NCBI GenBank assembly: GCA_902772915.1
Contig: CACYCE010000008.1
Location: 1 to 56,006, forward strand
Direction of reading: 5' to 3'
Length of the DNA stretch: 56,006 nucleotides
Source of the DNA: an uncultured Erysipelotrichaceae bacterium
GTDB lineage: Bacteria > Bacillota_I > Bacilli_A > RFN20 > CAG-288
The notes under the pieces are model-generated. The model had not been told where the DNA came from. It saw only the letters and a program-made list of their open reading frames with translations, and searched no databases. Of the stretch, positions 1 through 8,401 are shown in pieces. Positions within the stretch are counted from its first letter, which is position 1. The number at the start of each line of letters is the position of its first letter. The position numbers were made by a program, and so were the translations under genes.

Positions 1-879
1 AAATACGTCTCTTCTTCTTGTCATCAAGCTGGATCTTATGTCGATGATGAAGTTGTTAGATTCGACTTCACTTGTGATTCTAAACTTACTACTGAACAGA
101 GAAACGCTATCGAAAGGGAAGTTAATTTAGACATTTTAAAGCACATTCCTTGTACTACTCAGATTCTTCCTATTGAAGAAGCTAAGAAGACTGGAGCTAT
201 GCAACTATTTGGAGAAAAGTACGGTTCTGAAGTTAGAGTTGTCACATTCGGAGATGTCTCTAAAGAATTTTGTGCGGGAACTCACGTCAACAATACTTCA
301 GATATAGGAATATTTGTGATTACTGAAGAAACAGCTATTGCTGCTGGTATAAGAAGAATCACTGGTATGACTTCTTTAAAAGCTTACGAATATTTGAAGA
401 ATAAGGAAGAATCTTTAAACGATGTTGCTATATCTCTAGGTGTTAAATCAGCGAAAGAAATCCCCGCCAAATTGAAAGCTAACCAAAATGAGAAAGAAGA
501 ATTGAGCAAGAGAATTTCCTCTTTAGAAGGTGAATTAGTTTCTTTCAATAGAAATAACCTCATGAACTCTAAAATTGAATTAGGTGAATTCAATTTATAT
601 TATTCTGTAGTTGAAAATTTTACCCACGAACAAATGATTGATTTATTAAAATCCGTCAACGACGAAAATGGAGTAGTAATCTTGTTTAATAACTCTAAAG
701 ACAAAGGTCAGTTAGGTGTCTATTCTTCTTATTCTAAGAAGAAAGCAGGAGACTTAGTTAGACTTATTACCGCTAAATTAGATGGACATGGTGGAGGTAA
801 ACCCGACTTGGCTTTTGGTGGATACACCTCTATTAGTAAAGTTAATGATGTTGCATCTTGTTTAAAGGAAATAATCTAA
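1..879 (+). CDS. alaS: Alanine--tRNA ligase, C-terminal part (gene starts upstream of the window)
   Basis: Frame is open from base 1 (HQAGSYVDDEVVRFDF). Editing-domain motif EFCAGTHV, GIRRI and C-terminal DHHA1 motif GGGKPDLAFGG. Confidence 0.96.
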   Translation, partial: KYVSSSCHQAGSYVDDEVVRFDFTCDSKLTTEQRNAIEREVNLDILKHIPCTTQILPIEEAKKTGAMQLFGEKYGSEVRVVTFGDVSKEFCAGTHVNNTSDIGIFVITEETAIAAGIRRITGMTSLKAYEYLKNKEESLNDVAISLGVKSAKEIPAKLKANQNEKEELSKRISSLEGELVSFNRNNLMNSKIELGEFNLYYSVVENFTHEQMIDLLKSVNDENGVVILFNNSKDKGQLGVYSSYSKKKAGDLVRLITAKLDGHGGGKPDLAFGGYTSISKVNDVASCLKEII

Positions 880-1307
880 TGGATAATAAGAAACACATCT
901 ATTTAGGTTTAGATTTAGGTACTGTAACTTTAGGTGTATCTATATCTAGAACTGGTATTATCGCTTCAGGGTACGAAGAATTTAGATTTCCTTCTTGCGA
1001 GTGGCATATTCCTTTACAAGAGGTGGAGCGAATTGTTAAACTCGAAAAGGTGGATATCATTGTTCTTGGTCTACCTTTGAATATGGATGGAAGCGAATCC
1101 GAGATGAGTCAAAATGCTCGGAAATTTGGGAAGGAAATTAAAAACTTATTTCCTAAAATTAAAATCTATATGCAAGATGAAAGACTCTCATCTGTGGAAT
1201 CTAATTCTTACCTAATCGAAGGAGGAATCAGTCGTAAACACAGAAAGAAAGTCGTCGATAAGGTAGCCGCACAGGTGATATTAGAACGCTATTTAGAAAG
1301 AATGTAA
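879..1307 (+). CDS. ruvX: Holliday junction resolvase-like / pre-16S rRNA nuclease (YqgF/RuvX)
   Basis: Motifs LGLDLG, IVLGLPLNMDGS, DERLSS, VDKVAA. ATG at 879 overlaps the alaS TAA, with AAGGAA upstream. Confidence 0.95.
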   Translation: MDNKKHIYLGLDLGTVTLGVSISRTGIIASGYEEFRFPSCEWHIPLQEVERIVKLEKVDIIVLGLPLNMDGSESEMSQNARKFGKEIKNLFPKIKIYMQDERLSSVESNSYLIEGGISRKHRKKVVDKVAAQVILERYLERM

Positions 1308-1318
1308 GGAGTTAAAAA

Positions 1319-1741
1319 ATGGCTAATCAAGAAAAAAGAGAAAAACGATATATCATCTTAACTGATGAACAAGGAGTCGATACTAAAGTCGAATTATTAT
1401 TCTCCATCTTTGAAGAAAAATCTAACGATCAATTTATTTATGTCGTCGATCCTAAAGATGATGGAGCGGTCATAGTTTTCAAGAGCGATAAAGATGGTAA
1501 TTTAGAAATGGTTACCGAAGAGAATTCCTCTCCTGAAGTTATGACTTTCGTCAGAGAAACTTTCGAAGCTTATCAACACGGCGAATTAGAATTTGTCGGT
1601 GATGAGGAAGAAGAAGGCGAAGAATGCTCTTGCGGTTGTGGTCATCATCACCACCATCATCACCATGAAGGCGAATGTTGTTGTGGAGATGATGAATGCG
1701 AATGCAAAGACGGAGACTGCGATTGCAAAGAAGATAAATAA
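1319..1741 (+). CDS. DUF1292 (YrzB-like) acidic protein with a His/Cys-rich C-terminal tail
   Basis: YIILTDEQG motif, position after ruvX, RBS AAGGAG, tail CSCGCGHHHHHHHHEGECCCG. Confidence 0.75.
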   Translation: MANQEKREKRYIILTDEQGVDTKVELLFSIFEEKSNDQFIYVVDPKDDGAVIVFKSDKDGNLEMVTEENSSPEVMTFVRETFEAYQHGELEFVGDEEEEGEECSCGCGHHHHHHHHEGECCCGDDECECKDGDCDCKEDK

Positions 1742-1752
1742 ATTGTATTTAT

Positions 1753-1778
1753 AGCGAGATTTTATCTCGCTTTTTTTT
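1753..1778 (+). terminator. Intrinsic terminator
   Basis: AGCGAGAT-ttt-ATCTCGCT followed by a T-tract. Confidence 0.8.
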
Positions 1779-1790
1779 AGGGGAAAACAT

Positions 1791-2555
1791 ATGAAAATCA
1801 TCTCTTTTAACGTCAATGGTATCCGCGCGATACTTCAAAAGAATTTCATTGAAGATTTCAATAAGTTCGACGCTGATATCTTCTTTATTGAAGAAAGTAA
1901 ATACAGCGAAAATGAACATTTAAATTTTCCTTTTGAGCCGGAAGGATATTTCACTTACTGGACTGTCTCTAAATTGAGAAAAGGATATTCTGGAGTCACT
2001 TTATTTACTAAGAAAGAACCTATTTCTGTTCATTACGGCTTAAAAGAAGGCAAATACGATGAAGAAGGTAGACTCATCACTGCTGAATACGATAATTTCT
2101 TTTTTGTAGGGGCTTATGTACCTAATTCAGGTGAGGGATTGAAAAGATTAGATTTTCGTATGCAATTTGAAAATGATCTTCTTGAATATCTCAATGAATT
2201 GAAGAAGATTAAACCTGTTATTTACACTGGGGATTTAAATGTCGCTCACAATGAAATAGATATTAAGAATCCTCAAGCTAATATTCACAACGCAGGTTTT
2301 ACTAAAGAGGAAAGGGAAAAGTTTACTATTCTTTTATCTAATGGTTATATCGATACTTTTAGAAAACTCTATCCTCAAGAAGTTAAATATTCTTGGTGGT
2401 CTTATAGATTTAATGCTAGAGCTAATAATGCCGGATGGAGAATTGACTATTTCTTAGTTTCGGAAGATATTATTTCTAAAGTTAAAGATTCTAAGATTCA
2501 CAATGACATTTACGGCTCTGATCATTGTCCAATTGAATTAGATATTGATTTGTAA
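1791..2555 (+). CDS. exoA: Exodeoxyribonuclease III / AP endonuclease
   Basis: Motifs ISFNVNGIRA, GYSGV, YVPN, GDLNVAH, YSWWSYR, GWRIDYF, GSDHCP. Confidence 0.96.
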   Translation: MKIISFNVNGIRAILQKNFIEDFNKFDADIFFIEESKYSENEHLNFPFEPEGYFTYWTVSKLRKGYSGVTLFTKKEPISVHYGLKEGKYDEEGRLITAEYDNFFFVGAYVPNSGEGLKRLDFRMQFENDLLEYLNELKKIKPVIYTGDLNVAHNEIDIKNPQANIHNAGFTKEEREKFTILLSNGYIDTFRKLYPQEVKYSWWSYRFNARANNAGWRIDYFLVSEDIISKVKDSKIHNDIYGSDHCPIELDIDL

Positions 2556-2562
2556 AGTGTCA

Positions 2563-2591
2563 TTGATTTAGATTTTAATTATTTATATAAT
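2563..2591 (+). promoter_or_regulatory. Sigma-A promoter of the ileS leader
   Basis: TTGATT-17 bp-TATAAT directly before the T-box leader. Confidence 0.7.
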
Positions 2592-2599
2592 TAACGAGT

Positions 2600-2792
2600 A
2601 GCGATGATTAGACAAGTGCAATAGATTATCTTTATTTAAGCGAGCTGAGTATGGTGAAAGTCAGTTAAAGAAACTATAGATGCATATCACTAGGAGCGAA
2701 TATTATTAATTAAGTGCAAAGATTAAAGTTCTTTGAAGTGAGGTGGTACCGCGTTAAAAGCGTCCTCATAAAAGAGAACTTTTTTATTTTTT
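2600..2792 (+). ncRNA. T-box riboswitch (Ile, specifier AUC)
   Basis: Stem I motifs (GCGAG, GGTGAAA), likely specifier ATC at 2686-2688, T-box GGTGGTACCGCG, antiterminator 3' strand CGTCCTCA; lies upstream of ileS. Confidence 0.92.
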
Positions 2793-2807
2793 AGGAGAGG
2801 AATAAGT

Positions 2808-5522
2808 ATGGAACTAAAAAAATCGTTAAACATGTTTAAAGGTGACTTTCAAATGAAAGCTGATTTAGCTATTCACGAACCTGAATATGTTAAAAGATGG
2901 ACGAAAATGGATCTTTACAACAAGATGAGAATTAAAAGGGAAGGTTGTTTAGATTACTACCTTCACGATGGTCCTCCTTATGCTAATGGAGATATTCACT
3001 GCGGTCACGCATTAAATAAAATTGTCAAAGATGCTATTAATAGATATCAAGCTTTAAAAGGTTACCATATTACTTATATTCCTGGGTGGGATACTCACGG
3101 TCTTCCTATAGAAAACGCTTTAACTAAATCTGGAGTTAATAGGAAAGAAATTTCCGTGGCTGATTTTAGAAGACTCTGTATGAAATACGCCTATAAACAA
3201 GTCGATAAGCAAATGGCGCAATTTAAACGTTTAGGAGTCATCGGTGATTTTGATCACCCTTATATCACTTTAACTAAAGATTACGAAGCTGATGAAATTC
3301 ACGTTTTCTCTGAAATGGCTTTGAAAGGTTACATCTATAAGGGATTGAAACCTGTTGCTTGGTCACCTTCTTCAGAATGTGCTTTAGCTGAAGCTGAAAT
3401 TGAATATAAGGATGTTACCGCTAGAACAATCTATGTTAAATTCCAAGTAGAAGATGGGAAAGGTCTTTTAACTAAAGATGACTATTTCGTCATTTGGACT
3501 ACAACTCCTTGGACTATTCCCGCTGATACTTCTATCTGTTTAAATCCTAAGATGATTTACGGTTTGTATGAGACTGAAAAGGGAAGATTAATCTTCTTAG
3601 CGGATTTGAAAGACTCTTTAGTAAAAGAATTCGGCTTAGAAAGATGCGAATTAGTAAAAGAATTTACTGGTAAAGAATTAGAATACATCACTGTTAAGCA
3701 TCCTTTATATGAAAGAACTTCCTTAGTAATTAACGGCGACCACGTTACCGCTGATTCTGGTACTGGTTGTGTTCACACGGCTGGAGGTCACGGTTTAGAT
3801 GACTACAAAGTCTCTACTAAATATGGTTTACCTAATTTATGCCCTGTCGATGATAAAGGATATATGACTAAAGAAGCCGGTGAACAATTAGAAGGTTTAT
3901 TTTACGAAGAAGCTAATGATAAGGTTGTCGATATCTTAAACGAAGGTGGATATATCCTTTCTGAAAAGAAGATTGTTCACTCCTATCCTCACGATTGGAG
4001 AACTCATAAACCTGTTATTTTTAGAGCTACTCCTCAATGGTTCTGTTCAATTGCTAAATTTAGAAATGAAATTTTAGAAGAAATTGAAAAAATCTCCTTC
4101 AATCCTTCATGGGGTAAAGTTCGATTACATAACATGGTAGCTCAAAGAGAAGATTGGTGTATTTCTAGACAGAGAGCTTGGGGTGTACCTATTCCTATTA
4201 TCTACTGCGAAGATGGAACTCCTATTATTGAAAGAGAAGTCTTTGAACATATAGAAAAATTATTTAGAGAATTTGGATCCAATATTTGGTTTGAAAAAGA
4301 AGCTAGTGAATTGCTTCCTGAAGGATATAAGAACGAACATTCTCCTTCTAATAAGTTTACTAAAGAAAAAGATATTATGGATGTGTGGTTCGATTCAGGG
4401 TCTTCTTGGCTATCTTCAGATATCAATAGAAACGCACCTTATCCTGCTGATTTGTATTTTGAGGGAACTGACCAATATAGAGGTTGGTACAATTCTTCTT
4501 TAACTTTAGCGGTTGCTACTGGTCATAAATCTCCATTCAAAGCGATTTTAACTCATGGATTTATCGTTGATCAAAACGGTCAAAAATTCTCTAAATCCTT
4601 AGGAAATGGTATTGCTCCAGAAGATATTTACAATGTTTATGGTGCGGATATTTTAAGATTGTGGGCCGCTTCAATCGATTTCACTACTGCGGAAATTAAG
4701 ATTTCTGAAGATTTAATTAAGACTATTTCTGAATCTTATAGAAAGATTAGAAACACATTTAAATTCATGCTTTCTAACCTCTACGATTCTAGAGAAGATA
4801 AAGTTGATTTATCTAAACCTTATGAATATTCTCACCTCGATGAATTAGTCTTGGCTAAAGAAGCCGATATTATTAGACAAGTTGATGAAAAATTTGCTAA
4901 ACACGATCACATCGGTGCAGTCTCTTTAATTGAGAATTATATGATTAACGATCTATCTTCTTTCTATTTAGATTACGCTAAGGATATCTTGTATTGTGAT
5001 AGTATCGATTCATTAAGAAGAAAAGGTGTTCAACACGTTTTATATACTTTAGTTCACGATTTAGCTATCGTTTTATCTCCTGTACTTTGTTTTACTATGG
5101 AAGAAGTTTACGACCATATGCCTAACAAGAAAGAAGAATCTGTCGCTTTAGAGGATTTCCCTTCTAGAGAAGTTGATGAAAAGAAATTAGCGATGTACAA
5201 CTGTTTCATGGATATTAGATCTAAAGTCTTTAAGAAATTAGAAGAAGAGAGAGCTGATGGCTGTTTAGCTTCTAATACTGAAGCGGTAGTAAATTATTCT
5301 CCTTCTAAAGAAGAAAAAGAAACTTTAGATTACATCGGTGGTGAAATGGTCGCTAAAGCGTTAATTGTTTCTGAATTTAGTTATACTTCCAAGGAATTAG
5401 AAGTCACTAAATCTAACGGCGTTAAATGTGAAAGATGCTGGAATTATGTTACTTCTTATTCTCAAGATGATGAAGGTCACAACATTTGTCCTAGATGTAA
5501 GGAGGTTATTGAAGCAAAATAG
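2808..5522 (+). CDS. ileS: Isoleucine--tRNA ligase (type 1)
   Basis: DGPPYANG, HCGH, GWDTHGLPIE, WTTTPWT, WCISRQR, KFSKS and a C-terminal CERC..CPRC zinc finger. Confidence 0.98.
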   Translation: MELKKSLNMFKGDFQMKADLAIHEPEYVKRWTKMDLYNKMRIKREGCLDYYLHDGPPYANGDIHCGHALNKIVKDAINRYQALKGYHITYIPGWDTHGLPIENALTKSGVNRKEISVADFRRLCMKYAYKQVDKQMAQFKRLGVIGDFDHPYITLTKDYEADEIHVFSEMALKGYIYKGLKPVAWSPSSECALAEAEIEYKDVTARTIYVKFQVEDGKGLLTKDDYFVIWTTTPWTIPADTSICLNPKMIYGLYETEKGRLIFLADLKDSLVKEFGLERCELVKEFTGKELEYITVKHPLYERTSLVINGDHVTADSGTGCVHTAGGHGLDDYKVSTKYGLPNLCPVDDKGYMTKEAGEQLEGLFYEEANDKVVDILNEGGYILSEKKIVHSYPHDWRTHKPVIFRATPQWFCSIAKFRNEILEEIEKISFNPSWGKVRLHNMVAQREDWCISRQRAWGVPIPIIYCEDGTPIIEREVFEHIEKLFREFGSNIWFEKEASELLPEGYKNEHSPSNKFTKEKDIMDVWFDSGSSWLSSDINRNAPYPADLYFEGTDQYRGWYNSSLTLAVATGHKSPFKAILTHGFIVDQNGQKFSKSLGNGIAPEDIYNVYGADILRLWAASIDFTTAEIKISEDLIKTISESYRKIRNTFKFMLSNLYDSREDKVDLSKPYEYSHLDELVLAKEADIIRQVDEKFAKHDHIGAVSLIENYMINDLSSFYLDYAKDILYCDSIDSLRRKGVQHVLYTLVHDLAIVLSPVLCFTMEEVYDHMPNKKEESVALEDFPSREVDEKKLAMYNCFMDIRSKVFKKLEEERADGCLASNTEAVVNYSPSKEEKETLDYIGGEMVAKALIVSEFSYTSKELEVTKSNGVKCERCWNYVTSYSQDDEGHNICPRCKEVIEAK

Positions 5523-5526
5523 TCCT

Positions 5527-6510
5527 ATGAAAAATAGCAGTAAATTAAAAGAGTATTGTATTTGGTTTGGTAAATCCTTCCTTTGGCTGATGCCTGTCTT
5601 ACTCGCTTTTGATATCTGGTCAAAATTAGGCGTGGAAGTTTTCTTATTCCAACAAGGCAAAGTATTAACTCTAATTCCTAATTTCTTCTATATCAGAGTT
5701 GCACACAATACTGGTGCAGCCTGGTCATTTGGCTCGGGTTATACAGTTTTATTAGCTTGGGTCTCTTTAGTTGCGGCCGTATTATTGATTGCCTTCTTAA
5801 CTTGGAAATTTAAAAAATTAAATTGGTGGTATAGAATCGCTTTATATCTAATTATCACTGGTTGCGTAGGTAATTTAATCGACAGAGCTTTCTCAGTAAT
5901 GGCTCCTACTTCTTTATACGGAAATGGTGTTATAGATTTCTTAGATTTCCACTTTGGTAATTATGTATTTCCGACTTTCAACCTCGCTGATTCTTATTTA
6001 GTTATTGGTTGTATAGTATTAATTATTGGCCTTATTGTTACTGAAGCTGTTTCTAATAAGAAAAATAAAGAAGATAATATCGAAGCTGAAGTTCTTTCGT
6101 CAGCTCAAAATGAATCTGCTTCTAACACCGATTTATCTTCTCAGAAAGAAACTAGAAATGATGAAGTTATCATTCCTGCTCCTGTAGAAGAAATTAAAGA
6201 AGAAACTTCTCAAGATGAAAAGTCTGAAGATAATAAAGATGAACAAACTTCAATAGAAAATAATGAAGAACAAGCTCCTAATGAAGAAAAAGTTAGTAAG
6301 CCTATTCTCGAAGAAAAATCAGAAGAATCTAAATCTGTTGAGGAACCTGTTAAAGAAGAAACTCAAACTGTAAAAGAAAATAATAAAAAGCCTAAAGCTA
6401 AGAGCAAACCTAAAACTTCTTCTAAAAAAGAACCTGTAAAAAGAGAAGTTGTCGTTATTAAAACTACTAAGCCTAAAACTAAATCTTCTAAAAAAGGAAA
6501 GACTAAATAA
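5527..6510 (+). CDS. lspA: Lipoprotein signal peptidase II with a long low-complexity C-terminal extension
   Basis: NTGAAWS, GNLIDR, GVIDF, FNLAD motifs; canonical ileS-lspA-rluD order. Start taken as the first ATG after the ileS stop. Confidence 0.93.
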   Translation: MKNSSKLKEYCIWFGKSFLWLMPVLLAFDIWSKLGVEVFLFQQGKVLTLIPNFFYIRVAHNTGAAWSFGSGYTVLLAWVSLVAAVLLIAFLTWKFKKLNWWYRIALYLIITGCVGNLIDRAFSVMAPTSLYGNGVIDFLDFHFGNYVFPTFNLADSYLVIGCIVLIIGLIVTEAVSNKKNKEDNIEAEVLSSAQNESASNTDLSSQKETRNDEVIIPAPVEEIKEETSQDEKSEDNKDEQTSIENNEEQAPNEEKVSKPILEEKSEESKSVEEPVKEETQTVKENNKKPKAKSKPKTSSKKEPVKREVVVIKTTKPKTKSSKKGKTK

Positions 6511-7424
6511 TGAATAAATTCGTTTCTAAAGAAGAAGGTAGATTAGATGTTATTCTTTCTCAAGAATTGAACATTTCTCGTGCTCAAGCTCAAAAAATCA
6601 TTAAAAATGGTGTTAAAGTTAATTCTAAAATTGCTTCTAAATCTGGTTACGCTGTTTTTAATGGAGACGAAATTGAATATGAAGAAATTGAAATAGAAGA
6701 GAATAAATTCACTCCCAGCGATATTCAATTAGATATTATCTATGAAGATGAGGATATATTAGTAATCAATAAACCTCGTGGTTTAGTTGTTCATCCTGCT
6801 CCAGGTCATCATTGTGATACTTTAGCTAATGGTTTAGCTTATAAATTCAACAATGAAGAATTAGAAGAAGATGAAGAATTTAGAATGGGGATTGTTCATA
6901 GAATTGACAAGGATACTTCCGGTTTATTAGTCGTGGCTAAAAATAGTCAAAGTAAAGAATTCTTATCTAACCAAATTTCTCAACATTTAGTTAAAAGAGA
7001 ATATATCTGCTTAGCTACAGGAATATTTAAAGATCAAAAATTTAGAGTTGAAGCTCCTATTGCGAGAAATCCTTTTCAAAGAAAAATGATGTCAGTTGAT
7101 GTAAAAAATGGTAAAAGCGCTATAACTCACTTTGAGGTTATTAAGCAATTTTCTTCTTTAGCCTTATTAAAGTGCGATTTAGAAACCGGAAGAACTCATC
7201 AAATCAGAGTTCATCTTTCTTACATTAAGCATCCTATAGTAGGAGATAAAGTTTACGGTCTTAAAAATGATTTTGGATGTAAAAAAGGTCAACTTCTACA
7301 TGCCTATAAATTAACCTTAACTCATCCTCGCAGTTTAAAAGAGATGACATTCTTAGCCCCTCTAGATGATTATTTCAAAGAGAGTTTAGAGAGATTAGTA
7401 GGAACTAGTAATATCGATTATTAA
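6510..7424 (+). CDS. rluD: RluA/RluD-family pseudouridine synthase
   Basis: S4 domain, NKPRGLVVHP, HRIDKDTSGL, TGRTHQIRVH. Confidence 0.93.
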   Translation: MNKFVSKEEGRLDVILSQELNISRAQAQKIIKNGVKVNSKIASKSGYAVFNGDEIEYEEIEIEENKFTPSDIQLDIIYEDEDILVINKPRGLVVHPAPGHHCDTLANGLAYKFNNEELEEDEEFRMGIVHRIDKDTSGLLVVAKNSQSKEFLSNQISQHLVKREYICLATGIFKDQKFRVEAPIARNPFQRKMMSVDVKNGKSAITHFEVIKQFSSLALLKCDLETGRTHQIRVHLSYIKHPIVGDKVYGLKNDFGCKKGQLLHAYKLTLTHPRSLKEMTFLAPLDDYFKESLERLVGTSNIDY

Positions 7425-8341
7425 TTGATATCTTTATAATTTCTAAATAAATGTTTAACATACGGGTCGAGATATTCTTTCCCGTATTTTTTTATTAATT
7501 TATTGTAAACTAAATCGACTTTAGCCCCGGCTCCTTTAGGAATAGTCATTCCTAATTCCGCTTCCATCTGTCTCCAATCTTGGAGAAAGTAGAATCTCGC
7601 TAATATAGAGCTAGTTGCAACAGAAGGGTAGTACGATTCTCCTGAAGTGTGGAAAATCAAAGGAGAAGAGATAATTTGATCTTTACAATAACGCCTGTAT
7701 ATACCTTCCTTTTCAAATTGATCTATATATACGGGAACAGTATCTTTTATATGATATTTTTCAATTAGTTTCTTATGGGCGAAATTGTGAGCTGTAGCTA
7801 ACATCATGTGAGTAGAGTAGCCTAATTTATCTAATTCATCCATCTTTAGAGGAGTTATTTTAACTACGTGTTTTTTAATTTTATGATCCAATAATTTCTG
7901 ACCTATTTCTTCGATTTTAGAATCATTTAATTTTTTAGAATCTTTCACACCTAAACTTTCGACAAATTTAACATCATCAGGAGTCAAGAAAGTAGCGCAT
8001 ATGTACATACCTAAAAAGAAATCACCTACCCCTACTTCATCAGAGCCGATTTGATAAGATAAATCCTCCCATTTAGCGTTTACTTTATTTTGCTTAACAG
8101 GTTCAGGTATCTCTTTAAAGAATATCTTCGCTTCAATTTTAATCTTCTCTAAATTACCTGCAAAAACGACAGTAAAAAGATCCTTAGAGGAAGTCTTATA
8201 ACCATTAATTTTAATTTTATCGTGAGTTTCAGTAGCAAAAATATCGTAAGGTCTTTTCTCATCTTTAATCTCTTTAGCATCGTAGAAATCCATGATGAGT
8301 TTGATAGTAGATTCGTCAGTTTTAAATTTTAAATAATCCAT
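7421..8341 (-). CDS. rnhC: Ribonuclease HIII
   Basis: IGSDEVGVGDFF, GVKDSKKL, DQF, SVATSSILAR, PKGAG motifs; N-terminal extension; divergent from mutS2. Confidence 0.92.
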   Translation of the reverse strand: MDYLKFKTDESTIKLIMDFYDAKEIKDEKRPYDIFATETHDKIKINGYKTSSKDLFTVVFAGNLEKIKIEAKIFFKEIPEPVKQNKVNAKWEDLSYQIGSDEVGVGDFFLGMYICATFLTPDDVKFVESLGVKDSKKLNDSKIEEIGQKLLDHKIKKHVVKITPLKMDELDKLGYSTHMMLATAHNFAHKKLIEKYHIKDTVPVYIDQFEKEGIYRRYCKDQIISSPLIFHTSGESYYPSVATSSILARFYFLQDWRQMEAELGMTIPKGAGAKVDLVYNKLIKKYGKEYLDPYVKHLFRNYKDIN

Positions 8342-8401
8342 CTTTGCTGCTTTTATACTAAATATACATATTAATGATACAATATTTAGGGAAAATTTAT
8401 T

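Noticed and set aside
5428-5526. ORF-track N-terminal extensions (lspA from 5428, uvrC from 10663, ruvX from 858, degV from 16152, GG peptide from 53793)
   Set aside because: Each overlaps the upstream gene or lacks an RBS; the downstream ATGs give normal N-termini and RBS or stop-start coupling.
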